DNA of 64,000 nt from Callorhinchus milii (lineage: Eukaryota). Each line of letters starts with the position of its first letter. The first letter of the stretch is position 1. This document shows positions 25,591 to 38,780 of this stretch, piece after piece. Where the stretch lies: assembly GCF_018977255.1 (NCBI RefSeq), contig NW_024704742.1, positions 120,592,001 to 120,656,000 of the forward strand, written 5' to 3'. A program made the translations under genes and the position numbers. The notes under the pieces were generated by a model that was not told the DNA's origin, did not search any database, and was given only the letters and a program-made list of their open reading frames with translations.

Positions 25591-28500
25591 GTACGTTAGT
25601 AACAATTTTAAGTATCAGTTGTATCCTTTCTTCACACTATCTTATCCTAATTTTTTTAGTTTATTATCCTTGCATTTGATATAGCGCTTTTCATGTCTTC
25701 TAGACGTCTCAAAGCGCTTCACAGAATATACAATAAAGTTAATTGACTGTATATTTGTGGGCAAAACAAGGCAGCCAATTACACACAGCAGTGTCCCACA
25801 AACAGTCATGGATTGAAGTGACCAATTTTTTTTTCTTGAGCGATTATATTATTAATAATATATTATTATTAGTAGTAGTAAAAACTCACATTAGAAATGT
25901 AACATCAAGTTATGATTTAGTGTTATAATGACACTTCTTGCTTTTTTGGATTAATTAAAAACATTATAGGTAAATAAATCTGTCATGGCACAGTAGCTCA
26001 AACCATCAGCAATTTATGCCACAAAATGAAAACATTACTGTTTTTAAAAATGTTTTAAATAAAATATGATTTGATACCTTTTTAACAACGTTAGAAACCT
26101 GGACACAGTTTGACAATGAGTACTTCTATAGTGCGCTTATATAATGGGAAGTCATATTAACCAGATAAGAACCTTTATATTTGATATTAAGCTTACCAGA
26201 TCTCAATATCCCAATATGCTTTAAGGATTTTACTATAAAGTTCAGTGACTGTATTTGTAGGCAAATGTGCCAGGCACTGTTTCCAGAAACAGCCATGAAG
26301 TGAATGACAATTTTACTTGGAGGATGGCCAGGATATCAGAAGATGTCTATTTTCCTTCAAAAAGGAATTTGAATAAAATTGAAGGTTCAACCTTGCCTTG
26401 CTTCGTTTAAGTTCAAGCTCATTCCTAAGAGGTGCATCATAGTTTAGGATAAAGCGCACTTTACTGCCTCACCACCTTCAAAAACTCGCCTAAAGACACA
26501 TCCTTTTCGACTGTGCTTTTAGCCACCTTTCTCCCTATCTCCTCAGCTCCTTCTCCTTGAGGGTAATGGAGGCAGATCATGAAGCAGGTCATTATCAATA
26601 GGCACTGTATTTTGTTGTAATTAATTGTGCCGCACAGAATCCATAGTAACCAAGTAAATAGTTCACTAAAATAAAATCTTTTGAGTATTCTTGCTGTAAT
26701 GGAAAGGCAATTTAGGGTTCATATTCTATAAGGATTAGAATAAAGTGTAACAACTGCATAATTTATAGGCTAATACCTACAATTTGCCCACAACAATTTC
26801 TCACATACAGCCATGAGGTGAATGACCAATTCTAATATTTGGGGGATTATTGTCCACAACAACAGGACAAACTCCCTTCACTTTTTGAATAGTATCACTC
26901 AGTACTATTCAGTACCTCAGTTTCACTCACTCAGATAAGAGTCTTGGAGTACTGGAAAGTAGCTGGATTGGATACTGAGCAATGGGGAAGAGGGAGATAA
27001 CCATAGACACAGTCGACAACATAGCACCACTCTCCAGCACCCATATAATTGTAGCATTGCAGTGATTATCTTTCATTTGGTTTGATTATTGCTTTGAAAA
27101 TTTCACTTGAGCATTTAATTGTGAGCTCAGTTGACTCTTACATCATAATCGATGTATAGCCCAACTTGTCAGTTAAAATTAAGACCATTTGGAACTGGAA
27201 TGAGAAATTAAGCTTGTTTTTTATCTTTAAATATACAGTAATACAAAGAAGGATTAACTGTCAAATAGTATTATTATCTTGTAATTAAGATTATTTATTA
27301 ACAAATGATTGTCAATTAATTGAATGGTTCTTGAAACCACAAAGGATTTAATGAACTAATGGGAATGATCACTAACTTCAATGTGTTAATACCATGATAT
27401 AATGAAAGAGAAAGATAGGAATGTATTTTTTTAATTATATTTGACAAATTTTGTATCCAATTTGAGAATTCCGAAAGATCCAAGTATTTTGTTACATTTT
27501 GTGCATATTATCCATTTGTGTTATGGAAGAACATATTTAGGGTGTGACTCATGTTATAAATCTGGATTTGTGACATACACTCTTGGGCTTGGCATCCATC
27601 TTGATTGGTATGCAGAGAGGCAAGTAGCCGTTGCACAAATTCTGCAATTCTAACCTGTTCTTTCAATGGGTACGGATGAGTGTCTGAGCCGAATGGTGGC
27701 AATATCCTTGGTGTTGAGACAGCTGTAATATGATATACTTGGAACAGAATGTTGGAATTGAGTCAACCTTCTTGGTGCTCGCAAGTCTAGTTCCTGAGCC
27801 AGGTGGGTTAACAGAACTCCAAGGCATTGCTGTTGGCAGAGCAGCCAACTCGGCTCATCATTCAAGGTTTAGAGGGACAGAATTCCAGACAATCAATGGG
27901 AATGGGGATTCTTCCAACTTGGCTCTTGATAGCCCTGCAAGCCAAAGTCCTAGTGAGTCAAGTGGTCAAGCAGAGAATAACTTACCTGAGTGTTCTCAAT
28001 GACAAGCAATGCAGTTTTAATTGCTTCAATTCCACCAATACCCCAACCCACACTCTGGGGCTCGCAAGCCTTGGCTCTAGCCATTGTGCACCTAATATTC
28101 ACTGTAATTAGGTAAGCAGGGTGTGTCCCTTCAAGGAGAAAGTGAAACTCCTTGCAAGGCACACAGAAATTTCTATGTGAGGATCGTATACATATGTGGA
28201 ATTCTATGAAATTCTATCCAGTTTGGATGCTTTTACGTACTGTGATGGGGTTTTACATGTCGCACAACGAGCTGATCAAAACAATTTAAACATCTTAATT
28301 GATTATCTGATTCTGTCTATGGTTCATAGTGAAGTGCATTGGATCAAATGGGTAGATGACCCTTTTTCCTACAAACAGGTCATGCAGGAAAACTGCAATT
28401 ACTGTTATCCAAAAAGATGCAAGTGGAACCCATTTATCTGGTGTTTTTATGGCATTTTTATGTTTTCTTATCTACTTTGGGTATATAGGATCATGTTGTT

Positions 28501-28907
28501 CATGCTGGTTATTTTTATTTTGGTTTTGAATAAAAAGAGATGTAAGTAATCCATAATTGAAGTTGTTGATAAAGTGGTCGGAAGATCCTTGAATACTATC
28601 TGCTACTGATGTAAAATATTCTTGGAAAAAATCTTAAGTAAAATTTCACTAAAGAGACTATTGAGTATACAACTGAAGAGTTGCTGCAAGTGGAACATAT
28701 ATTAAGTAAATTAACTTAGAGCCATTTCCATTGGGTTGTCTCAAACACCAACATAAATGTTTTTTCCTATTATTTGTTTATTTCATACTTTCTGTCAATA
28801 ATAAACATTGAAGTAAACTTGTTTTCTTGAATAGTCCTTGACAATAAATAACATAAGGAACAATTGTCTAAACTTGCTACAAATAGACTTTTGTTTTATT
28901 TGTCCAG

Positions 28908-29055
28908 CACCAATTCGCAGAAGTGCTCTGTCAAATAGATGTAGAATTGGATGGACGCTTTACCACCGTGCGAAAATCAGAGAGCAGTTTAGGAAATCTC
29001 GTTACAAATGCCATGTTGGAAGCTACTCATGCTGATGTGGCATTGCTTAATTCAG
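28908..29055 (+). CDS. NT5EL: 5'-nucleotidase-family gene, exon 4
   Basis: gtccag acceptor; HQFAEVLCQIDVELDGRFTTVRKSESSLGNLVTNAMLEATHADVALLNSG, the start of the 5'-nucleotidase C-terminal domain; GTATGT donor. Confidence 0.93.
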
Positions 29056-29174
29056 GTATGTTCTAATTCATCTTGTTTGCAACACGCTCAATTCTAAAAA
29101 TAAGTCACTCAAGGTAAGATTTACAGGGTTGTTAGAGTGGCGTTTCTTTTCCACTCTTCCCCATTATTATTCTG

Positions 29175-29762
29175 GCACTGCTTCACTCCTCAGGTCGCCA
29201 AAACCTTCATCCACGCATTAATCACATCTAAGCTTGACGACACCAACTCCCTGCTTGTCTGCCTTCCCAACTCTTCGCTCCACAAGTTGCAGATCATCCA
29301 GAACTCTGCAGCTCGTATCCTCTCCCGCACCAGGTTCCATGACCCCATCTCCCCCACCCTCACCACTGGTTCCCCATCCCCCAGAAGTTGGAGTTCAAAA
29401 TCCTCGCCTTCACCTTCAAGGCCCTCCACAGCCTAGCTCCTTCTTACCTCTGCGACCTGCTGACTCCATTTCAACCTGTCCAGACCCTCTTGCTCAGCAG
29501 GCTGTGTCCTGCTCCACCATCGCTGGTTGGGCCTTCAGCATTTCTGCCCCACCCTTTGGAACACCATCCCACGTTCCCCTCGCCTCGCTCCCTCCCTTAC
29601 CTCCTTCAAGGCGCATCTCAAAACTCTCCTCTTCGATCACAGCTTGAGCTACCCTCCCTACCCTCCACCTTCCCCAAACCCGACCCCCAGCTTGAACTGT
29701 CCAGCGCCTTGAGACATCCTCCCTATACGAAGGCGCTTTACAAATGTAATTTTGTTGTTGTT
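29175..29762 (+). mobile_element. L2 3' fragment
   Basis: TFIHALITSKLD...LQIIQNSAARILSRT, followed by the L2 tail and (TTG)n. Confidence 0.9.
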
Positions 29763-30561
29763 TGTATATGAAAGGCCACTGTGTAAGGTTATGGAGCTGT
29801 TTCATCTGTCTAAGGAGCGTGGGTAAGAACTGCAATCATTTTAAATTTTAAATCCCTGTTCATCACACACTGTCTATCAGGAATTAGACAAATTAATGAC
29901 CCTCCTCACTATCATTAAGTACACCATGCTGATTTGTGTCCTGTAGCCATCTGATTTGTACTTTATTGTTGGACTTAATTTCTGTATTAAACTAAATCTA
30001 AATTCAGAGTCTTAAGTGAATACTCACCCATTGGCAATATTCCGGCTGCAGTTGAATGAGGCTTTGCAGAAGTAATGCTCTTTTGATTCATTTTCACTAT
30101 ACTAAGTGTTATTGGATTCTGGTTACCCAAAATTTGTACCTTGCCAATTGAGCCCGAAATGGAAATTAAAAAATAGTTTCTTGGGCCCACGTGTGTAGAC
30201 TCCCACTGGTCCAACTTTCCTAGTCTGCATCCCTGCATCATCATCTTGCTGGCATTCAGTGGCCAGGGATATCGACTTACACTTCTCAAACAAAAATGAC
30301 TCACTTAGACAGTTATCCGCTACCTTCTGCTCATGGGATTCACGGTACCGACATTGTAATTACACTTAGACTGAAATTCCTCAGTGGACCATATCTCTAC
30401 CCACCTCTCCCTGCAGTTGTTTCTCTAGGTAATAACACATTTTTTTTTGGTAAATATTATGAGTGGATTCAAAGTAAATCAGATTAGCTTGAGGGAGGAA
30501 TTTATGCAACTGTAAGAAGAAAATGATTTGGAAATGAATCTAAACATTTTTAAATTCTTAG

Positions 30562-30727
30562 GTACACTACGCTCAGATCGGTTACACCCACCAGGTGATT
30601 TTACCATGCACGATCTTTTGTTAGTTCTACCTATTGTCGATCCACTTCTCGTGGTCCAGGTGACAACTCAACAGTTATTAGAAGCTTTAGAAAATGGAGT
30701 CAGCATGTATCCAGAACCTGATGGAAG
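30562..30727 (+). CDS. NT5EL: 5'-nucleotidase-family gene, exon 5
   Basis: cttag acceptor; GTLRSDRLHPPGDFTMHDLLLVLPIVDPLLVVQVTTQQLLEALENGVSMYPEPDGR; GTAAC donor. Confidence 0.93.
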
Positions 30728-31194
30728 GTAACACTTATTGAGTCTTTGTTCTAGATTTAGCCAGTGGAAAAAGTAATTTTAAAAAATGGTCCATCAAGTA
30801 GCTTATCTGAAAATCCCACATTAGAATAATCCCAAATTTGATCCACAGTCTGCATTGAATTAACTGTGCTAAGCCTGCACTCCAGGGACACTACAACCTA
30901 ACTCAGTGCCCAAGTTAGTGAGGAGGAAATCAGCCAAGGTTTATGAGTATTACCTAAGACCACCTGTCAGACACTTACAAGTGTGGTCACAGATAAGGAC
31001 GGTACTGGGCCCAGGTGAAGTGGTCCCATAGTTAAATAGCCTGCTGACCCTTACTTGTCCAGGTGAACACATAAATTGTGGTCATGTGGATAAGTGCCCC
31101 AGGTTTGTGAGAGAGAAATCAGCCATGGTTCCTACTCATGATTCTTATCCAGCAGCCCCTGTCTACTGTGATTGCTCATTGAAAGTTTCTGGTC

Positions 31195-31522
31195 AATAAA
31201 AATAAAAATAATCCTTGCATTTGATATAGCGCTTTTCACATCAGGAGGACGTCCCAAAGCGCTTCACAGAACACACTGTAAAGTGAATTGACTGTATATT
31301 TGTGGGCGAACGCGGCAGCCAATTGCGCACAGCAATGTCCCACAAACAGTCGTGGATTGAAAATGACCAATTTATTATTGTTTTGGGTTTTGGAGGGTTA
31401 TTATTAGGCGCTTTGTGTGGAGTAAGGAAACTTGCCCAAGGTTTGGCCCTGACCTGCCTGGAATTGAACTCAGGTCTCTTGCTTGCAAAGCGAGTGCTCT
31501 AACCACTGAGCTACAGGGCTCC
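31195..31522 (-). mobile_element. Full-length tRNA-derived SINE (short form)
   Basis: GGAGCCCTGTAGCTCAGTGGTTAGAGCAC head, GAGTTCAATTCC B box, L2 tail. The same short form occurs at 12770-13050(+) and 61800-62048(+). Confidence 0.92.
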
Positions 31523-33629
31523 ACAAATGTTAAGCTGCTGTGAAAGCTTATCAAATATTAGGTTGTATAACCTAACCCTAATTGTCATTTGTTTGTAAAT
31601 TGAAAGAAATTATTCTAACCTTGACTAAATCTTTAAGGGGGGGAAATTCTGGTTGTGTTAAATTTGTGTATTTAGCATTTCCTGTGCTGCGTACACAGTC
31701 CAAAACACTGATTGTCCAGCTCCTTGGGCATCCTCCCAACGTGAAGGGCGCTATACAGATGTAGTTTTGTTATTGTGTGTGTAAACATTATCAATAATAA
31801 AGAAGATAAATAAGTGTACATCAACAATATCCTTTGCATGCCTGCCTCTGTCTCATTCCTTGTTTGAGGCACATTGATGGCTGGGAGAATTGAATTCCTT
31901 CATCTTCTTCCTTGTAACTATCACTGCTCCCTTTTCTTTTTAATTTCTTGGTTCCTCTGGCTACATGTCATTCCCTCTTGAATTTGCTGACAAATCCACC
32001 TTATTTGCCTCCTGAGTAGTTATTCCACATATTCAGCTTCTCTCTGTGTATTTAAATCAATAAAACTGAACTATATGTTCACTTTCCCTCTTTTGAACCC
32101 TTGTGCTAATTTATTTGACCAATATGCTATTGGAGTTTAGTTTATCTAACTTTTAGGATCTTGAGTACTTGAATAATATTTCCCCTGAGATGTTTCTTTA
32201 TCTGTTCCTAGCCTCTAGCCTCTAATTATAACTCAGGAAATTATATTTTATGAGATATTTCTGTTAATTGAAACTTTTTTTGGCAAGGTATGAAAAAAAA
32301 TCGTGAATAGTTTCTGATGTCAGTATTGGGGGAGGTTATACTGTTCATTTTAGTTTGCTAAATATAACAAATTTATCAATGTTTGTTTTACATTTGTTTT
32401 GTTTCCGCGTTTATAAATCACTGATAGAATTTTATATGTTTAATTTTAATTAGGTATTTACAAACACAGACAAATATGCTAAACATGGCAAGTGAGGCAG
32501 AATTGCCCAGTGCACATTGGCCACAAATCCCTTTGCAATTTATATAACTGTTTACCACCAATTTTTGTATGTGCCATTCAGTATTTAATGAGAATATGAA
32601 ATGAAGACCCATATTAATTTAATCTCAAAATCTCTTAATCTGAGAAAACAAATGGGGGGGGGCGGGGTCATTGCTGTTCCAAAAGCAGACTGGAATCTGC
32701 ACTGCTAAGTGTTTTCTTAATTTGTCACACAGTAAGCATTCTTAAGTGTTACAAAGCTGTTACTCAGTCCATCAACTTGTTGCCAGCTAATTAGGAATTA
32801 TGAATATGTACGTACTTACTGACATCACTTAAGTATATATCAGTACTAGTCAATTATGTGTTGGCTGATTTCCATTCATTTCTGGATGGGTCGATGTGCG
32901 GTTTCAGAATGAAAATGTCCGTAATGTGCTGAGTGGTAATGCTGAATTGCTGCATTTCATTCCCTCTGTCCATTCTGGAAACTTTGTAGATTTAAGTAGA
33001 AAATATTTCTTCAAAGTTGATGTAATTTTGCTTACCATCATTTTTACATCCTCAAAGTCATTCTGGTTAGCAATGTTTGCATGCATAATAATACATTAAT
33101 TGGAGAATCAAATAGCTGCTTTGGCCATCTAATAGTATTTCTCCTTGCAAATTTGTTTGCATTTTGTGGATTCTAACAAACCATTTTATTGATTAGAATT
33201 TAAGTATTATATGGGCAAATCAGCAAGCTGAAATATTGAGGCAATAAACTACTTTATTTAATACACGGGAAACCCCATTATAACAGCCTTCAATGGCATT
33301 TCTGCCCCACCCTTTGGAACACCATCCCACATTCCCCTCGCCTCCTTGTGTGCCGTGTCTCTTTTGCACATACGCAACCATACAGATTGAATAAATTAAA
33401 TTTATAACATGCTTTATCTTGATATCATGTCAAACTTGTTTTATTTTCTTTAAATATCTAATCTGATATTAGTGATGTCAATTTAGTATGTACACACCAT
33501 TGTTCTAGTCTATTAAAAATAGTTTGTTTATATTCAGATAGATTTGACTGGAACAATCCCATGTTATAGCTGTGATTATATGTCTTTCATAAGTGGGGTA
33601 AGTGGGGTCTTCTTCAAACTGAATTGACT

Positions 33630-34170
33630 CCAACGTGACATTCTTGGCAATGGAATGTCGGAATTGAACCTTCTGAGGCGATCTCAGTAGTCTGGTTCCT
33701 GAGCCTGGCGGTTTCTTACACCAAGGCATTGCTGATGACAGCCCAGCCAGACTAGCTCATCGGGCAGACTTGCAGGGGCAGACCAGTCACTGGGGGCAGG
33801 GATTCTTCCCACTCAGCTTCTGTTAACCCTTCAAGTTAAAGCCCTAACTGATAGGGTGGTCCTAGCTGGAGAAGCAGTGGAAAAGCTTGCAGACAGTGCT
33901 TTCAATAGCAAACTATGTGGTTTTAGCTGGCTAGATTCCAGCAAAACTAAATACATACTCTATGGTCCCCAAATCTTGGCTCTTGCCAGGCTATGCTTAA
34001 TACTCTAAGGAATTCGGCAAACAGGATGCGTACCTACAGGGAGAGAGTGCACACTCCATTCCAGCACAAGGGAATTTCCATGTATGCAAGGAATGCTGTT
34101 TGGTTTGGATACTTTTAAGCGTGGTGATGGATTACATGTGTGTCAGAAACTCAGCTAATCAAAATAAAAC
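33630..34170 (+). repeat. Unclassified interspersed repeat; copies at about 2770-3400(+), 5485-5635(+), 27720-28275(+), 57170-57550(-)
   Basis: Shared blocks GTTCCTGAGCC, GGATTCTTC, TTTTAGCTGGTTA.ACTCCAGCAG and CTTAAGCATGGTGATGG, with a common A-rich 3' end. Confidence 0.8.
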
Positions 34171-34260
34171 ATTTTGTATTCAAATATAAGAAGTTTTTCA
34201 TAATTTATTACAATATCCACTTAGATGTTTAAAAGCGAATTCTGTTTGCAACTTTTAAAG

Positions 34261-34408
34261 GTTTCCTCAGGTGGCAGGATTAGAGTTTGGATTTGACCCA
34301 AGCGCACAACCAGGCCACAGGATTGTTGTAGACTCGGTGAAGATACAGGGACAGTACCCAGACTCGAATAGAATCTACTTACTTGCAATTAAAGAATATC
34401 TAGCAAAA
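34261..34408 (+). CDS. NT5EL: 5'-nucleotidase-family gene, exon 6
   Basis: tttaaag acceptor; RFPQVAGLEFGFDPSAQPGHRIVVDSVKIQGQYPDSNRIYLLAIKEYLAK; GTAAGC donor. Confidence 0.93.
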
Positions 34409-35674
34409 GTAAGCTGCAATCATATACCATTTATTGTTCTAGAGAAAAGTCTAAATGTTGATTTGTGAGAAAATTATACGATTTGAACTTTAAGTATTAA
34501 TGTATACTTCATGCTTAGATCTTTATTTGGGTTATAAAGCTAATAAATCTAAAAAAAAGTAAAACGAAACACAACTAACCATTCCTGAATTGGTCGTTTA
34601 TTAATCTTGCAGATCTTGCCTTTCAGTCAGAAAGTTGTGAGCTGAAGCCCCATGTCAGGAGTTGAGTGCAGAGTCTAGATTGACCCTCTAGTGCAGTTGG
34701 AGATGTAGTCCTTCAGTTGAGACAGTAGACTGTCTGTCATTTATGTGATTTTATGTGGTTGTTAAATATCCAATGACACTATTCGACAAAATGACAATGC
34801 AGTTTCTCACCATGTTCCTGTCAACAATTCTCTGGAAACAATTTATTCACTTTTCTTGTGGGATGTTGCTGCTGTACTTAAATTGTCTGCAGTGTTCTCT
34901 GACAAAAATACAGTCATTTTACTTTGTGAAGTGCTTCGAGGTGTTCTGATGATGTGATAAAGAGCTTATCAAATGCAAGAGTGATTATTAGTAGTATTTT
35001 CTAGTATTCCTCTACCTCAGCCTTTAATATTTAAGATTTTTGTTAGAAATGGGTGGCGACTAGTGTATAGTTTCCAGATATCTTTCAGGTTTCTTTATGA
35101 TAAAATTATGTTTTCTACTTTCTAGTTTGCTGGGATTTTCTCCCAAATCTAATAAGCTTTTAAATATATCAGTTGAGTCTTTTAATGTTTATCACAAAAG
35201 CAGTTGCTTCAAACAGCATAGTGTTATGTTTCTAATGCCTTTAAATCAGGGTACATCAGTAATCAAGATAGGATTATTCAACCACTGACTTTCCGCTATG
35301 GGTAATTCTGCATGATTCTGGACCATCATTACGATTATTGTGTCTGGATTTCTGCTTATTTGCAATTGCGCAACAAAAATCATAGCAGCATGAATGATGC
35401 TGACTGTCCCATGCATTTGAATTAATTGAATTACTAAAGATTTGGGAGTAATAAACTTAGAAATAAAAACAGATCATGTACTTGAGCTATGATGTTGCTA
35501 TGGAGAGCTGATTTATTATTGCATAATAGCTTTTAAATATGAAAGGGTCTGATGTTGATGGTAACTAAACTGCTGTTTAAGGAATAATGACGTAATAGAT
35601 ATGTAGATGTTGTATGAAGCATTTCTAAACTCAGGATGTCAACAGGCATTCTAAAATTTTTCAGTTTTCAATGT

Positions 35675-36042
35675 TAATAATAATAACAATCCTTACATTT
35701 TTGATATAGTACCTTATCACGTCTTCTAGACATCTCAAAGTGCTTCTCAGAATATACTGTAAAGTGAATTGACTATATCTGGGCGAAATTCGACATCCAG
35801 TTGCGCACAGCAGTGTCCCACAAATAGTCGTGTCCCACAAACAATTACTATTTTTTTTGAGGCATTATTATCCCCGGAAAAGCGACCCACCAATCGACTA
35901 ATAGCCAGGTTCCTTCTTACTGCTAGGTAAACAGAGGATTGTGGAATAAGGAAATTTGCTCAATGTTTCACCCTGCCAGGAATTGAACCCAGGTCTCTCA
36001 CTTGCGAACCGAGTGCTCTAACCGCTGAGCTGCAGGACTCCA
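35675..36042 (-). mobile_element. Full-length tRNA-derived SINE (long form)
   Basis: Colinear with 6960-7320. Confidence 0.9.
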
Positions 36043-37199
36043 AATGACAAAGTATGTACAGCATAGAAACAGACCATGTAGTCCAACCAATCCATGCCGG
36101 TGTTTATACTCCACATGAATCTTCATCCATTTCTTATTCCCTCTCATACCCTTCTGTTCCTTTCTCCCTCATGTGAAGGTCTAGCTTTCTATTGAATGCA
36201 TCTACAATATCTGATTCAACCACCACTTCACTATGTGAATGCTACAATCTCATTACCCTCTGCGGGTTATTTGCATGTTCCCTGTTTTTTTCATTGTTTG
36301 TAAGTAATGTAGGAGAGAACATTGGAGTCCTGTAGCGTATTGGTTAGTGAGCTCACCTCGCAAGCGAGAGGACCCGGGTTCAATTCCCGGGGGCCGAAAC
36401 CTTACTCCACCCGCCTCTATTTCCCTCACAATAAGTAGGAACCCGGTTGTTAGTTGATTAGCAGGTCGATTTCCGGGGATAATAATCGCTTAAAAAAAAT
36501 TGGGTCATTCATCCACACAATTGGCTGCTGAAGAGTCAATCCATGTTACAATATATTCTGAGAAGTGCTCTGATACATCTCAACGATGTATTAAGGCATG
36601 ACATTGAATGCAAAGGTTATTATTACATCTCCTGGTGTAGCTTTTCAGCGGGTATCAAGATGTATGGACAGGTGAATAATATTAGTGATATAAATAACAT
36701 TCAGAAGATCTGGACGATCCAATTTAATAGTTGGATGAACAAATTACATGGATTTTAATGTAGATAAATGTGAGATAATGTATAATTGAAAAGAAACCGT
36801 AAACAATAAATGGATGTTGATTAGCAGAGGTAGACGTATGTGCATGTGATTGATTATTGTTCCTTCATTGAAAGTCATTTGATAAATTCGTCATTCTACC
36901 TTATGAAAATCGTTGATCAGACCATATTTGGAATATAATATAGCACTTTGGCATTGAAATGGCATAGAAGCTACAGAGTTTCTGGAGGATTCAAACAAGA
37001 AAAATTCATCTTCCTTCCACACTGCGGGGAGTGGAGAACAGCTTTCGGGGGAAAGGAGAGAGCAAACTCCTGACAATGCAGTACAATTTGACAATATAAA
37101 TCAGTGAAACATTTTTGGGGTTCATACTTTACATTGTAGTGACGTAATATTCCACAGTTTTCTTATTTACAATGAACAAACTTTGTTTTGTTTGTACAG

Positions 37200-37383
37200 G
37201 GAAAGGATGGTTATGTGATGCTCCGGAATTGTCATTGGCTGATTGATACAGAAACTGCCCCCAGTCTCTCCAGTGTTGTCATTAACCATTTTGAATCAGT
37301 AAAAATTGTTCAGGGGCTGAAGAAATGTAAATCAGGACATCGGATGAGTTTAATCAAGATCTCCAAATCTGCATCGGTCACAG
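37200..37383 (+). CDS. NT5EL: 5'-nucleotidase-family gene, exon 7
   Basis: tgtacag acceptor; GKDGYVMLRNCHWLIDTETAPSLSSVVINHFESVKIVQGLKKCKSGHRMSLIKISKSASVT; GTATAT donor, phase 1. Confidence 0.9.
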
Positions 37384-38059
37384 GTATATATTTCACATGG
37401 AACTTTGTTAAATTTTATTTTGTCAAGTTAAAGTTGTTCTGCCTAAATGTAATTATGCCATTAATTTAATGATGAACCTGTGATTTACACACATAACCTG
37501 TGCAAAAGTGTTTGATATTGGCACAGTTGATAGACTTTGGGTCAGACATAAATTTGAGCCTCAGTTCAGGATTTGGGAGCTTATAATCTAAAGTAACAAA
37601 CTAATAAAGTACCGGGGGAATACTACGTTATTGGAGGTGATGTCTTTCCGATGAGATGTTAAACTGAGGACCGATCTATCTGTTCAGGCAGACATTAAAC
37701 ACACAAAACTCCCTGCACTACTTTTATCATAATAATATATAATAATAATCCTCACCAACTCTAGATTTAACCTGATTAGAAATTCACTTTTTGATGAAAC
37801 TTCTAAGTTGAGGAGTTTTGTACTAATTATTTATTATTAATAATAATACTTCAATTCTATATATTTTATGTCGTCGAAATGCCTCAAAACACTTCACAGG
37901 ATATTACTGTAAAGTATAATGACTTTGCATTTGCAGTCAAACACAGCAGCTGGTTTGAACACAGTAATGTCCTACAAACACCTAAGAAGCAAGTAACCAA
38001 TTTTATTTGGTGGAATTGTTGGCTTGGACACCAAGAGAAACCCCTTTGTCATTTCGAAT

Positions 38060-38365
38060 AGTGTCAGAGAGGATAGGATGGTGGCCGAAGACACGGTCTA
38101 AGAAGAGGATCTGGAAGCGTGCCTTGAAGGAGGCAAGGGAGGGAGCGACGCGAAGGGAATCTGGGATGGAGTTCCAGAGGGTAGGGCAGAGAGGCTGAAG
38201 GTCCGACCACCAACGGTGGGGCAGGCCGGGCGGGGGACATGGAGCAGGCCGGAGCCAGCTGAGCGGAGGGAGCAGATAGGTTGATAAGGGGTTAGCAGAT
38301 CAGAGACGTAAGAGGGGTAAGGCCGTGGATGGCCTTGAAGGTGAGGATGAGGATTTTGAACTTGA
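38060..38365 (-). mobile_element. L2 fragment
   Basis: FKILILTFKAIHG...PTLWNSIP motifs on the minus strand. Confidence 0.85.
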
Positions 38366-38387
38366 ATGAATGTGTTTTAGTTAATAT

Positions 38388-38626
38388 AAACAAAACGCAA
38401 AATACTGCAGATGCTGGAAATCTGAAACAAAAAGAAGTCACTGAGAACACTCAGCAGGTCAGCGAGTATCTATGGAGAAAGGAAAGTAAGTCAACCTTTC
38501 GGGTCCTTCGTCAGAACTGAAGAAGTTGATTTTGTTGAGTTCTGACGAAGGGTCGTGGATCCAAAACGTTTACTTACTTTCCTTTCTCCATAGATGCTGC
38601 CTGACTTGCTAAGTATTCCCAGCGAC
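38388..38626. mobile_element. Penelope-type inverted-repeat element with degenerate hammerhead motifs
   Basis: About 80-bp inverted arms, each with CTGACGA...(G/A)AAA; starts AAATACTGCAGATGCTGGAAATCTGAAACA, shared with 53467-53560. Confidence 0.75.
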
Positions 38627-38780
38627 CTGAGGGGTGAGGTAGTGGCGGAGTCGGGCGCCACTATACGGCTGGTCCTATGGATAGTTCTCTATTGTAGAAT
38701 GATATTCTGTCTACTTATTGAGTAGAGACATTTCAGGGCTTTTTTTCTTAAGATGATAATTAATTATAATTAATCACTAG

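Noticed and set aside
31450..31522. tRNA-like sequence with A/B boxes and a TGC triplet
   Set aside because: No acceptor stem closure, and it continues into the SINE body; it is a SINE head, not a tRNA gene.
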